A program made the position numbers and the translations under genes. The notes below the pieces were generated by a model. The model was not told where the DNA came from. It worked only from the letters and a program-made list of their open reading frames with translations, and ran no database searches. From Octopus vulgaris (taxonomy: Eukaryota), in the NCBI GenBank assembly GCA_951406725.2, contig OX597816.1, positions 119,970,001-120,034,000 on the forward strand: a stretch of DNA of 64,000 nt, in the 5' to 3' direction. This document shows, in pieces, positions 42,074 through 55,600 of the stretch (position 1 is the first letter of the stretch; each line of letters begins with the position of its first letter).

Positions 42074-45000
42074 CTCACAGAGGCAAAGTGGTTGAGCTCC
42101 TTTCAAATGTTGGGCCTCTTATGTTGTGCTTAAGAAGACCATCAAGTCATGGCAGATACCAGTGTCACACAAATGGCACCCATGCCAGTGGCATGTAAAA
42201 GCATCCATTACACTTTTGGAGTAGTTGGCATTAGGAAGGGCATCCAGCAGTAGAAAACCGTGCCAAAACAGACTGGAGTCTGGTGCAGCCTTTCAGTTTG
42301 CCAGCCCTGGTCAAACCATCCAACCCATACCAGCATGGACAATGGATGTTAAATGATGATGATGATGAATATGAGAGGTTTAGTTCACTGATGATATAAA
42401 CCAATAGGTACGCTGTGTAAGTGTTATAATTGGTCATCTGTTAGGTTCCAAGGTCACAGCTGAGGCTGGAGCTAGGGATCTGTAGTAGGCTTCCAATTTA
42501 GCAGGTATATATTAAAGGAGAAGGAAAACAAAACCAAAGCAGGATGAGTGTCTCAGGTCATTTAGAATATTTAATTAGAGTAAGGTGAATTCTTTTTTGA
42601 TTCACCTTATTCTAATTAAATATTCTAAATGACTTGAGATTATATATATATTTATTTATTATTTCTTTATTATTATATAAATGGTCTTGCTTCTTTTTTG
42701 TTTCATCAACACTGTGAGTTTTGTTTGTTTCACATAAATAAATTGGATGGGATTCAAATTAACATTTGAGATTTATGAATATTCAATGAGGAGTCAATTT
42801 GTATAAATGTGTGAGAACTGTCATTTGGGACCAGTTTATATATCTGTTCCCATCCTAGATAGTAAATTCTTTCATTTATAATATTTCTTTTTCTTTTATA
42901 TTGTAATTAGTAACCAATAGTGACTTCAGGTACAGGTTTCCACTTGGCCAGTCAGTGGTTCACTGTATTTCTGATATGCGAGTGACAAGAGAATATTTGT
43001 TAATTCATCATCATCATTTAACATCTGCTTTCCATGCTAGCATGGGTTGGACGATTTAACTGAAGACTGGCGAACCAGATGGCTGCACCAGGTTCCAATC
43101 TGATCTGGCAGATTTTCTTCAGCCCTTCCTAACGCCAACCACTCCAAGAGTGTAGTGGGTGCTTTTACGTGCCACCGGCACGAGGGCATATCTGGCGGTA
43201 CTGGCAACGGCCATGCTCAAATGGTGTTTTTTATGTGCTACCTGCACAGGAGTCAGTCCAGCGGCACTGTAGAACTAATATCACAAACACCTTTGCTTGA
43301 AGAGTACCAGACTCTTTATTTTATTTTCTTATTAATGTTCTCTCACATACGCACATACACACATTGGTGATAAACTGACACCTTCACATACTCACACACA
43401 CACACACACACACATTTGATAGGCATCAGTACAGTTTCTGTTTACTGAATTTTATTCATGAGGTATTGATTAGCCTAAGACTATAACAGAAGACATTTAC
43501 CCAAGGTGCCATGCTGTGGAATTAAGCTTGGAACCTTGTGGTTGCAAAGCAAACTTCTTATGCATGTGGGCCATGCCTGTGCTTATTTTAGTAAATTATT
43601 TGTCCATTTTGTTTAACACCGATTTATCTATGTTAGCATGCCATAGATGGGAATAGGTTTGCATAGGTGGGAATTTTTCCATCTGGACACACTTGTTGCC
43701 ATCTCTTACCTGTAAAGGATTTTTTTAATTCCCAGAGAATCTGAAAGCTAAGTGCAAGTGTATGATTTGTTGACATTTCCTGTTAAGAAGTTTCCCCAGT
43801 AGTTGCCTAAATGTAAACAATAATATCACGGTTTGTAGCTGACTTCCAAACATTGATGTCAGTTCAGTATAGTTTTGTAAACATTCACACAAACGTGCAC
43901 ATACAAACTCATTACTGTTAGTAAGAATATCCAGCCATAAACTGTACCAAAACAGTTTCCCAGTTTGTTGGGTCCTGTTGAATTGTTGTACCCATACTAG
44001 TATGGAAGATGGATGTTAAATAATGTTGATGATGATGATGACAAACTTCTTTCAATTTCCATCCACCAAAGTGTAGAGACTGCAAAGCTGCAAAGGTTAA
44101 TGGTGCTGTCCTTCTCTCTGATTATTTTATAGAATACTAACAGAACATTGATTAATTGAGACCATTTCAAGTATATAAACCATTATAATTTGTTAATAGG
44201 TATAGTATATGTAAAATATCAACAGTTAGAATACATGTAATATATTTTACTTGGAATAATTGTTGTTTGCAAGGATGTCTTTGTGCCATCTCAGTGCTTT
44301 CATATTGACAGACTTAATACATAGAATTTTTAGAGAAATCTTAATTTTCCCACTATTAATATTGGCATTTGAAGTGTAAAGTTGAGGTTTTCATTGGTCA
44401 GGATTGGCCTTGTATCTGCACAATGGTTGCAGGCCTATGCAAGGTTTATGTTTGGAAACCACTACTGTTCATGCAGTAGGTCTGCTTTCTCCAAACCAGG
44501 ATGTTGTCCAAGTGAATGGCAGGGAATAAACTCATCTGGTACAAATATTACATAACAGTTTGTCCAGATCTCTAATTCTGCCAGATCCATTGCTCTGGAC
44601 TAGTTCTTTCTTTAAGTGTATGGTTACAGCTAAGAATCAAAATTAGACAAACTACTTAGCTTACCAGGCAAGCACCTCTTCTCTGAAGTACTTGACTATA
44701 ATGGAAGTCTACATCTGCTCTGTAATAACTTGTGGGAATATTTGGGCCTACCATTCTGAACTAACAAAACAGATGTCAATTATACAGTGTCATTTCTGTT
44801 TACATTCATGAGGAGTCATAACTATTATAAACTAGGTTCTGTCTATGTCAGGGGTGGGGAAACTTTTTAGTGTGGCAGACAAAAATTTACAAAGAAAAAG
44901 GTCCGCGGGCAGATCACAAGTTCTAACTCTTATATCTGTGTAGATCTTGTATATATCTATGTATAATTTGATATACATTAATAAAGATAAGTTTAACACA

Positions 45001-46771
45001 TTAAATTAATGTGTAGCATCTTCATTAATGCCGCCACTGAATTTAGGACATTCATATTACTTATGAGGTTTCTATATTTTTCAGCTAGAGTGTAGTTGGG
45101 TCTCAAGGGGGTGGTACAAATCTAGCAATATGTGTTTTATGGTGTAAACAAAATTTCAATTCAGATGGCAATTACCGGACGATTTTCTGTTCAAGTCTAA
45201 CTGTCTTAAGTCGAAGTGGAAATGCAGCATATGTCGCAAATAGGCATACAAATATTGTTTAAATTTTATAATTGAAAAATTTACTACATTTTGTACATAC
45301 CAGTATATCAACCTGTGGGCGAAATAAAATGGGCTCATGAGCGCAATTGTGCCCACAGGTTGGGGTTTCCCCACCCCCGGTCTATGTGTTGAGTTATTAC
45401 TACTTTAATTCATTTGTGAAAACACTTGGTTGTTTGTTGTAGGGAAAGATGGTGTCTAAAACATTCAACTTCATCCAGCGGGGTAATCGAAACAGCTTCC
45501 ATGTACTGGATAAAAAACATTGGTGGAATACCCGTCATAAACTTGACAAAAATATGGAGGTAAGAACTGAATTTTCTGATACCTGTGCTCCTTTTTTATG
45601 TCATCACTTTTAAATCTAGTATATATCTTTGTGTTATTGACAACAAAAAGAATATATTTAAGTACTTTTCATTCTGTCATGCTTGTATTAATAAGTTCTC
45701 ACTTTTTCTCATGTTTATAGCTGTGTTCTGTGTTGAGTTCAGTTACAGACAGTTTTCTTTTTATTTGCAATAACATTTTTAAAAACAGTTTTAGATATGA
45801 TTGAAGACAACCCATGAGTTATGGTTTCTCCCTACTCTTGATCTTGGTGGGACAGGAGTGCTTATGACCTACAAACAAGTCATAAACACCACCCTTCTTC
45901 TGACTAAGCTTTATATAAAAAAATACTAAAACTCAAACTGTTCTTCAGTTTTCAGCCATTTCTGTTCCACACTAAGAAGACAAAATGTCTAATGATAAGT
46001 GAAGATACCTTCAGTTTTGCTTTATTTTATCTCTTCAATTCTTTTTCTCTCTTCTCTTGTTCTTTTTTTAGTACATATATAAACCCACCTATGCTAGACA
46101 CTAGAAAGAACTTGGAATTTAACATTTTAATTGATGTTATTCATTAGATAATACTGATTTGGTAACTAGGTGAAAGAAACATTAGTAAAGGCTAGTTTGA
46201 TCATGAAGATAAAAAGTAGTTGTTTGTTTTTTATGGTCAATCTCCTTAATAAATTTTTTTGTTTTATAATGGATTCATTAATTTTATTGTATGTGATAAT
46301 AGTTTAATTGCAAACTTTATTTACTAGAATGTAAATATAAATATTAATCTGTTGTTGTTGATGATTTATGTTCCATTTACATTTTGTTGTGTTATGTAAC
46401 TTTGTTCAATTAAAGTACTACATAAATTATTTCCACAGTCTGTAGTTAATAAGATGGAAAACCTTTGGCTGCACTCTTGGAAAGGTATTCTGCTTGGCCA
46501 GTTGACTAATGAAGAAGATCAGAATAAATTGAAAATGCTTGCTGTCAATGTTCAGAAAACCATTCAAAAGGAGTGTCAGAGAACTCTGAATCTTGAATGC
46601 ATTGAGGTCTGTTCTGATACTTGTTATTTGTTTACTTTTTTCGCTTTTGCTATAGTTAGCAAGATAACTCAGAGCATCAATTGCTTGAGAGTACACTGTC
46701 ATGAGTTTAAAATTTTCAAAATCCAAATAATTATACAGCTGAGAATAAACTAGAAAATGCTTCACTAAAAG

Positions 46772-46818
<47 letters not shown>

Positions 46819-49404
46819 CATTCTTCTTCCTTAAATACACATGACTAGCATAAAAGTTTCTATATTTGGAATAGTAGCAAAATCTTTCTTAAATTATATC
46901 CTAACCCTTGCTAGCACGGAAAACGAATGTTAAACGATGATGATGATAGCACATTGTATAATGCAGTAACAATAAACCTTAACAATAAACAAGCTTTTAA
47001 GGCTGAAGTGGTGGTTAGCCCTGTGAGTCCTATAATAGTATTCTCTGGTTTACCCTATCCTCTACATTCCCCTTCTCACCAGCCTTCTTGCCTTCATTTC
47101 CTTCTATAATCTTTAGCCTTGTTTTTCTTTATATTCTCCTTCCACTTTTCCCAGTTATCTTCCTTAGCATATGACACAGCCTCTCATCTTCAGAGTATCC
47201 ATCACTGACTTTAATTCCCACGACCCTGAACTAGTTGTTTCATCGATATCTTCTTTATGCTGTTCCTGAAACATACGTTTTAGTTCTCAACTGATGGTGT
47301 CTACCTCCAATCAAAGTCTGATGACTGGTTCTTCAATTAAAGTTCAAAATTAGGATAAGGAAATTTACATTTACCATCAGAGATATATTTTTACTGATAA
47401 TGTAACTATCTTTTCAAAATCTGTAGAAGCTTTACAAAACCTTGTGAACAGATTCTCTGGAGTTTGCAATGTATTTGATATTACATCAGTCTCATGAAGA
47501 CTCAAATCCTGAGACAAAGCACAGCAATACCTTCTTGCATATGATGACAGTCCTATTCTGAAATACCTGCTTTATGGTGACTGTCATCTGGGCTAAGAGG
47601 TGAGCATTACTGTAATGCAGTGATAGGTGAAAGAGACTAACACTTACCCTGTCCCTTAGAAGCAATCACAAGCAACAGGTTTCTATGGAAACTTGGTATC
47701 CTATGGATTAAGAAGTAGAGAAGGAAACCTTCATTAGACCTGAATGAATAAAGCTAGCAAGAAGAAGTTATGTCTTCTCATAGAAAATTCACATGCTACA
47801 CTAAGAAACATCAGTCGTTATTAACTAGATTTTTTAACTTCGTAGTCATATCAGAAAATGTTCTTTCTCAGCCATCTCTAAAATGGTGCCCTGCATTATT
47901 TGCCATCATTTTAGTATAATTATATTTGATAGTTGTTAAATAACACCTCCTCCTTTTTGATTATTTATATTCATTAATATCAAACAGTTTTGTACACATT
48001 TCTGACCTGTCACTGATTTCTACTGTATCTGTCCTTCTATTTCTCTATTACAGTTATCTTTCATTTTCATCATTATCACTTTATGTCTGCTTCCCATGCT
48101 GGCATGAGTTGGATGGTTGTAAATCAGTCCTTATTTGGAGTTCTGCCTGCCTAGATTAGTTGTGGACCGCATCTCACTTGTCTGTTTCTTTTTCTAACAT
48201 AGTTCCTAATGCTAACCATTTCACAGAATGTACTGGATGTATGTTATTGTGACACCAGCACTAGAGAGGTTGTCACTTGCTTGGCAAGAGTAAAAGTTCT
48301 TCCCAACCATACATTGAATGTTTCTGTCTTGTCTTTTTTAACTGGTGGTACCTGTAAGTTGTCAGAGAAGTATTAAGAACATCATAGATCACTATTGCTG
48401 AGAACAGTAATTGAAGCCAAGCAACATATTGTTGCTTGGATTATATTGTCTTGTACACCATCACTACCATCATATCATCATCTTCATGTGTCAGATTTTA
48501 ATGCTGATATATATATTTGATGAGGCATCAAGAGCCAGGTTAGTTCTTTGGAGTAACTGGTTTTGTGTGTGTGTGCACGATGTGCTTATGCAAGAGTATG
48601 GCTGTGAGTATATCTATGTGTTTCATGCATGAGTGTATAGCCCTGTGTGTGTAGTGGACTGTTTCTGAGTGTATATATACAGGTGTATGTGTGATATTTA
48701 TGTTAGATCTTTTGTGTCTTTATCATAATCTTCATCATAGTTCTCATGCTCACCCCTCTATACTTGCATGTGTTGGATGGTCTCCTTCATAGTATCCTGT
48801 TGTTTTTTTTTTGTGGTCCTTAGTCATCTTCTTCATGAGGATAATCAGCTTTTTAAGTTTAGCCATTAACTATATTTAGAAGTTATATTTACTTCTTATA
48901 ATTTGTTTCCTTTCTGAAAAAAAAATATACATATATCTCTTATTATAAAAGGCAGATTTTATCTGCCTCCCTTTGGGAGTTATACAAATCTACAATATAG
49001 GATTTCTTCAATTACAATTTACCTAGCATTTTTAAGAGTACAACGCATCGCGTCATGCCAGGTCCAGTTTTTAAAATTTAAACTCCAATTAAGCAAAATT
49101 TACAGAAAACTCACATTCTGGTGTGTGTGTCAAATGCTTTTCTTAGTCTGGTTTACACCACACGCAAACGCACACACACAGTGGGCGACGAATAAAATGA
49201 AAGTAAATAGAGACAGAGTGATTTGAGGAAGACTAAAGTGAAAGTATTCTGTCCATAACGCTGATAGATACATGAGTAAAATGTATGGGAAGCTAAGAGC
49301 TAAGAGTGAGTGAAAATGTTCTTGGAAGAGAGTAATTAGTAATAAAGTAAACATACACTCTCATACATACATACATACATACATACATACATACATACAT
49401 ACAT

Positions 49405-49437
<33 letters not shown>

Positions 49438-51188
49438 TACACACACACATACATACACACACACATACATACATACACACATACATACATACATACATAT
49501 ACATACATACATACACACACACACATACACACACACACAGTATTGAAGCTTGAGAACAATCAGATACATTTGCAACACATCTGTTGAAAAAATTATTGTT
49601 CACACACATACATATACATATATACATACAGACAGACAGACAGATAGACACACACACACACACACATGATCCAGCATGGCCACAACCTCAAGGCTGAAAC
49701 ATATAAAAGAATAACAGAATATAAATGTATGTATATATATATATATACAAGCCACTACGGTTATTTAATGTAAAGTCTTCCTCAAATCACTCTCGCTATT
49801 TACTCTCTTCCAAGAACATTTTCACTCACTCTTATCTCTTAGCTTGCCATACATTTTACTCATGTATCTATCAGCGTGATAGACAGAAACAAATATTACA
49901 TCGCATTCGCCATCGCCATCGCATTCTATTGTCTACCTGTCAACACACACACAGTGAATTACTTTCATTTTATTCGTTGCACACTGTGTGTGTGCGTGTG
50001 CGTGTGGTGTAAACCACATTAAGAAAAGCATTTGACATACACACCAGAATGTGAGTTTTCTGTAAATTTTGCTTAATTGGAGTTTAAATTTTAAAAACTG
50101 GACCTGGCATGACCCGATGCATTCTACTCTTAAAAATGCTAGGTAAATTGTAATTGAAGAAATCCTATATTGTAGATTTCTATAAGTGACAAAGGGAGGC
50201 AGATAAAATCTGCCTTTTATAATAAGAGATATATATATGCACACACACAAACACACACACACACACATGTATTTGTGTGTGTCATAATTTTAGGTGTAAG
50301 TCCACTTTTCTATACTTGTATGGATTGGTTGCTTCATAAATTTGTTCATACTCTTTTTCTTTTCTTTCTTTTTTTCTCCAGCACAATGGCTTACCACTTG
50401 TTGTTGTCCTTTGTTACCTCCTTCATGACTATATATTTTTAATTTAATTTCATATTGCAAGTCTTTTATTACAGTATAGGAAATACCTAATGAATATAAT
50501 AATAGTATTAGTTTCAAATTTTGGCACAAGGCCAGTGATTTCAGAGAAGGGGACAAGTCGGTTACATCAACCCCAGAGTTCAACTAATATTTATTTTATA
50601 GTCTCTGAAGGGCAAAGTCGACCTCAGCTGCATTTGAACTCAGTATATAAGAAGAAAGTGCCACTAAGCATTTTGCCCAGCATGCTAATGATTCTGCCAG
50701 CTCACCATCTTATAAACGATAATAATATAATAAATTTAAGTAAAATAATCTCTTATTATAAAAGGCAGATTTTATCTGCCTCCCTTTGGGAGTTATACAA
50801 ATCTACAATATAGGATTTCTTCAATTACAATTTACCTGGCATTTTTAAGAGTACAATGCATCGCGTCATGCCAGGTCCAGTTTTTAAAATTTAAACTCCA
50901 ATTAAGCAAAATTTACAGAAAACTCACATTCTGGTGTGTGTGTCAAATGCTTTTCTTAGTCTGGTTTACACCACACGCAAACGCACACACACAGTGGGCA
51001 ACGAATAAAATGAAAGTAAATAGCGGACAGAGTGATTTGAGGAAGACTAAAGTGAAAGTATTCTGTCTATGACGATGATAGATACATGAGTAAAATGTAT
51101 GGGAAGCTAAGAGCTAAGAGTGAGTGAAAATGTTCTTGGAAGAGAGTAATTAGTAATAAAGTAAACATACACTCATACATACATACAT

Positions 51189-51223
<35 letters not shown>

Positions 51224-52535
51224 TACACACACACATACATACACACACACATACATACATACATATACATACATACATACATACATATACATACATACAT
51301 ACACACACACACATACACACACACACAGTATTGAAGCTTGAGAACAATCAGATACATTTGCAACACATCTGTTGAAAATATTATTGTTCACACACATACA
51401 TATACATATATACATACAGACAGACAGACAGATAGACACACACACACACACACACACACATGATCCAGCATGGCCACAACCTCAAGGCTGAAACATATAA
51501 AAGAATAACAGAATATAAATGTGTGCAAAGTACAAGAAATATTAATGCAGTATAAGGGGATTGGACAATAAGCGTAAGGCAGTGTCAATGGTGGTTCCAG
51601 AAATCCCGAGCCATAAACTACAGCCTAGAAGACGAGCCTCATCCTGAAAGATCTGTAGAACTCGACAAGGACATCCTGAAAACCCTGGTGAAACAAAATA
51701 TCATCGTAACTGTTGAGGAACTAGCAGAGAAGCTTGGATTTGGTCATTCAACCATTCATTGACACCTGTGTGCTATCGGAAAAGTCAGCAAATTGGGTCA
51801 ATGGGTTCCTCACGAACTTTCCGAGTCTAATTGCATGCAGAGAGTGAATGTATGCTTTTCTTTGCTGTCATATCTCACCACTACTGCGCTATGTATATCT
51901 ATATATATAAAACTGTAGTTGTGTGAGTGTCTGTCCCCTTCGATTTAGATTCCTAACTACTCCCACATTTTGCGGTACAGTTTAACCAAATTCGGGTAGC
52001 TTATAGTCGTGATTCATATCGAGCCCGTCTGAATATTAGCGCGCGTCTACGATGAGTCTACGATTTTAAAAATAATTTAACATCATTTTTTATTCCATTT
52101 TAATGCATAATTTTTCGTGTGTCGATGGCGGCGGAGTTGGCGTCCACGCTCACACCTGCACCTGTGGGGAAGGGAGTGTAAGGAAATCAACGTCGTAATG
52201 CGTTGTCAAGGAGACCAGTGTTCTTTTAGAACAACGACTTCATGGCTTGAAGACACCAAAACAGAAATGGCTAAGAAAGCGTCTACATGAGTCTACGATT
52301 TAAAAAAAAATTTACCATCATTTTTTTTTCCATTTTAATGCATTTTTTCGCTATTACATAAGGGAAGTAACTCTCTAAAAATGTCTACGATGAGTCAACG
52401 ATTTTAAAAAAAATTTACCATCATATTTTTTCCATTTTTAATGCATTTTTTGCTATTTTTTGGCTATAACTCTCTAAAAATGCTTATATAGTTATTTCCC
52501 TTACAAACCCGAGCAACGCCGGGCGATACTGCTAG

Positions 52536-52566
<31 letters not shown>

Positions 52567-52589
52567 ATGTGTGTGTATGTATATATATA

Positions 52590-52630
<41 letters not shown>

Positions 52631-55600
52631 TTCCAAATTAATTAATTTATTTTGTTTTGATTGTAGATTTTAATTGATTCCGGTGAACTTTTATCTGATG
52701 AATGTTTGGAATCTGCTGTCATAGACATTACTGGTTTGCAGAATCAAGACAGTAGGTTGCAGAGTATCAAATCCTTAATACTACGTCATTGCAAAAACCT
52801 TAATTCTTCTGTTGCTGAAAGACATCCTGTTACATTAATTCTTGACAAGGTAATTGTTTTGTATAATTGGTCCGTTAAAGTATTGATTGAATTTTCTAAT
52901 GTAAATTCTTTCTGCAAATGAAGTTCTAATGTAAAATGCAATATCAAAACAAGGTTATCTAGACAAGTAAAAAGCTAGAATTTGGGGACTGTTCTAAGTG
53001 CTTTGTCACAAAAAAATAACTCCATCATCGTCATCATCATTTAATATCAATGTTCCATGCTTGCATGGGTCAGACGGAATTTGTTGATGCAGATTTTCTA
53101 TGGCCAGATCCCCTTCCTTGTTGCCAAGTCTCATGTGTTTCCAAGTAAGGTAATATTTTCCCATGATCAGGCATGTCTTAGGAGATTGGAAACAAAGAAC
53201 ACTGCTTGTATGATAGTGACACTCACAATTATCACTTACACACCCATGCACGCAAAGGGATGTTACATGATAGTGAGTTAATGATTTTGATTCTCAGGCT
53301 AACTATGCTTTGTGTTCTTGAGCAAAACACTTCATTTTATGTTGCTCCAGTTCACACAGCTGTAAATAGGTAACACTGATAAAGTAGCCTTTAGATTGGG
53401 GAATGTTGGCTTGCTCACCTAGCCAGCATGGTGGCATCACACAAAAGCTAAAATGATGCAAAGTGCATTGTGACCAGCAATGTATAACAACATTTGATAG
53501 TCTGGTCAATACCATGATATATGTTTATATCACATGATCACGTGACTGACCAGACTATCAGATGTTTCACATCACTGATCACAATGTGCTTTTACATTGT
53601 TTTAACCTTCAAATGATGCCACCCTGCTGGCTAGGCAAGCAGGCTAACATTCTCCCTCGATTGAAAGGAGGACTGGAGTAACAGGAAACAAAGAGTTTTG
53701 CTCAAGAACACAATGTGCCACCCAGTGAGAGAATTGAACCCAAGATCTGGTGATTGTGAGTGCAACAGTCTAACCAGTAGGCCTCACACCTTCATATATA
53801 TATGTGTGTGTGTGTGTGTTAATAACACCTATAAGCTGGTGCTTTTTCCATCCACCAAAGTGAATGGAGCCTTGGCCAGGAGGAACTGATGTCATCAGAC
53901 GTTATCCAACGTTCATTGGGTGTTTCGACCCTGAACCATAACACCTTCCCATTGGTGGGTCAGTAGAGGTGACCAAGTCATTGCTCCTCATCATCTCCTG
54001 GCTCCCAGCTTAACTCTTCTCTCTTAGTCCAAAGCCAACAAGAGGCTCTTTCAGCTGCCTCTCCCATCCTGCGCGCAGCCACCTTTCACTCCTTACCTCT
54101 CATTCCAATTGCTGTAAGCATCCTCCATTCTGACTGAGCAGGGAATATTTTGTACTAATGAGTATATGTTGATTAGTGTCTTAATGTATTGAGTAAAGCA
54201 CTGGCATGGTTTGGGCTACCTGGTGTCATCTGCAGTTGGGGTATATTTCCGTTGAATCTACTTCATGAATTCTGCAGTGTTAGTTGAGATAATAATAGTT
54301 GATTAAGTAACCAGAAAATGGATTTGGTATTAGTCTTTATTTTGTACAATGATTGTTTCAACCTATCCTGCTACTGTCCCTTATGGATGGGACTCTGTAC
54401 ATTATGTTGTGTTGCATCCATTTTGCAGTCTGGGGTTACATCAGGTACATCCATTATATAAAGTGGTGTCTCACTAAAGATCCTTAGCAAGACACCACTT
54501 TATGCAATGGATGTACCTGATGTAACCCCAGACTGCAAAATGGATGCAACACAACATAATGTACAGAGTCCCATCCATAAGGGACAGTAGCAGGATAGGT
54601 TGAAACAATCATTGTACAAAATAAAGACTAATACCAAATCCATCTTCTGGTTACTTAATCAATGGCCTGAAGCTATAGTAGAAGACATTTGACCAAGGTG
54701 CTGTACAGTGGAACTAAATCCATAACTGTGTGGCTTAATCACAGTCATTTTTTAGTCTATAACCATGCCTGCACCTAACTTACCAAAAATTTATCAAATA
54801 TCGTCAACTGAAGTTGAAGTGGGTTTTGTTTTTTACTTCCCTTTATGATTTCTAGTTAAATTTAAAAGCATGAAAACACTGATAATATAAAATTACTGGC
54901 ACTTTGTTATTGTTTTTGATTTCTCAATTAAGCTGTTTGCAGAGGTTTCACTATTCTTATTGTTTTGATTTTATTCATCCTTTGTAGGAAATTCAACATC
55001 TTCCGTGGGAAAACATGCCCATTTTACGAAAGCAGGCTGTTACACGAATACCATCTTTATATTACCTTAAGATTCAAAAGAAATTTCTACATAACCAAGG
55101 TTCGATCCTCACTGATGGTATTGATAGATCAAATACCTACTATGTACTTAACCCTGATGCAAACTTGCAGCATACACAGGAAACTTTTAAAGATTGGTTT
55201 CAAAGGTAAGACATCAGTCTTTTCATGAAATTAATACTTAGTTCTGTGTTATAACAACTAATTCAATCGTTTTGAACTAGATGGTTTAATGAAACAAAAC
55301 ATGCTGGCTTCAAAGTGTTCAAGAACCTTTTGTTCAGTTGCATTCCATGAACCAGTTTAATGATGACAAAGTTACTTGTTTTACTAAATCTCATTGAATT
55401 CTTTATTGTTTTTGAAATTAATTGAAACACAAGCATTGTACTTCATTAGAAATTGAGTCAGCAAAGGGTTAAGGGTCACAAGATGTTTGACTGCTGAATT
55501 AAAATGATTCATGGGGTTAGTATTTGACTACTAGCTCATGCCTAAAAATTCTTTAATCAACAATTTCTTAAGTAAATATTTAAATTTTCAGAAATATTCC

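Noticed and set aside
49293-49663. ORFs rich in C/V/Y/M (also 51067-51588 and 61771-62050)
   Set aside because: These are translations of (CA)n/(CATA)n microsatellites, not genes.
53880-53935. CTGATGA and GAAAC words on the minus strand suggesting a hammerhead ribozyme
   Set aside because: The required stems do not pair in any hammerhead topology.
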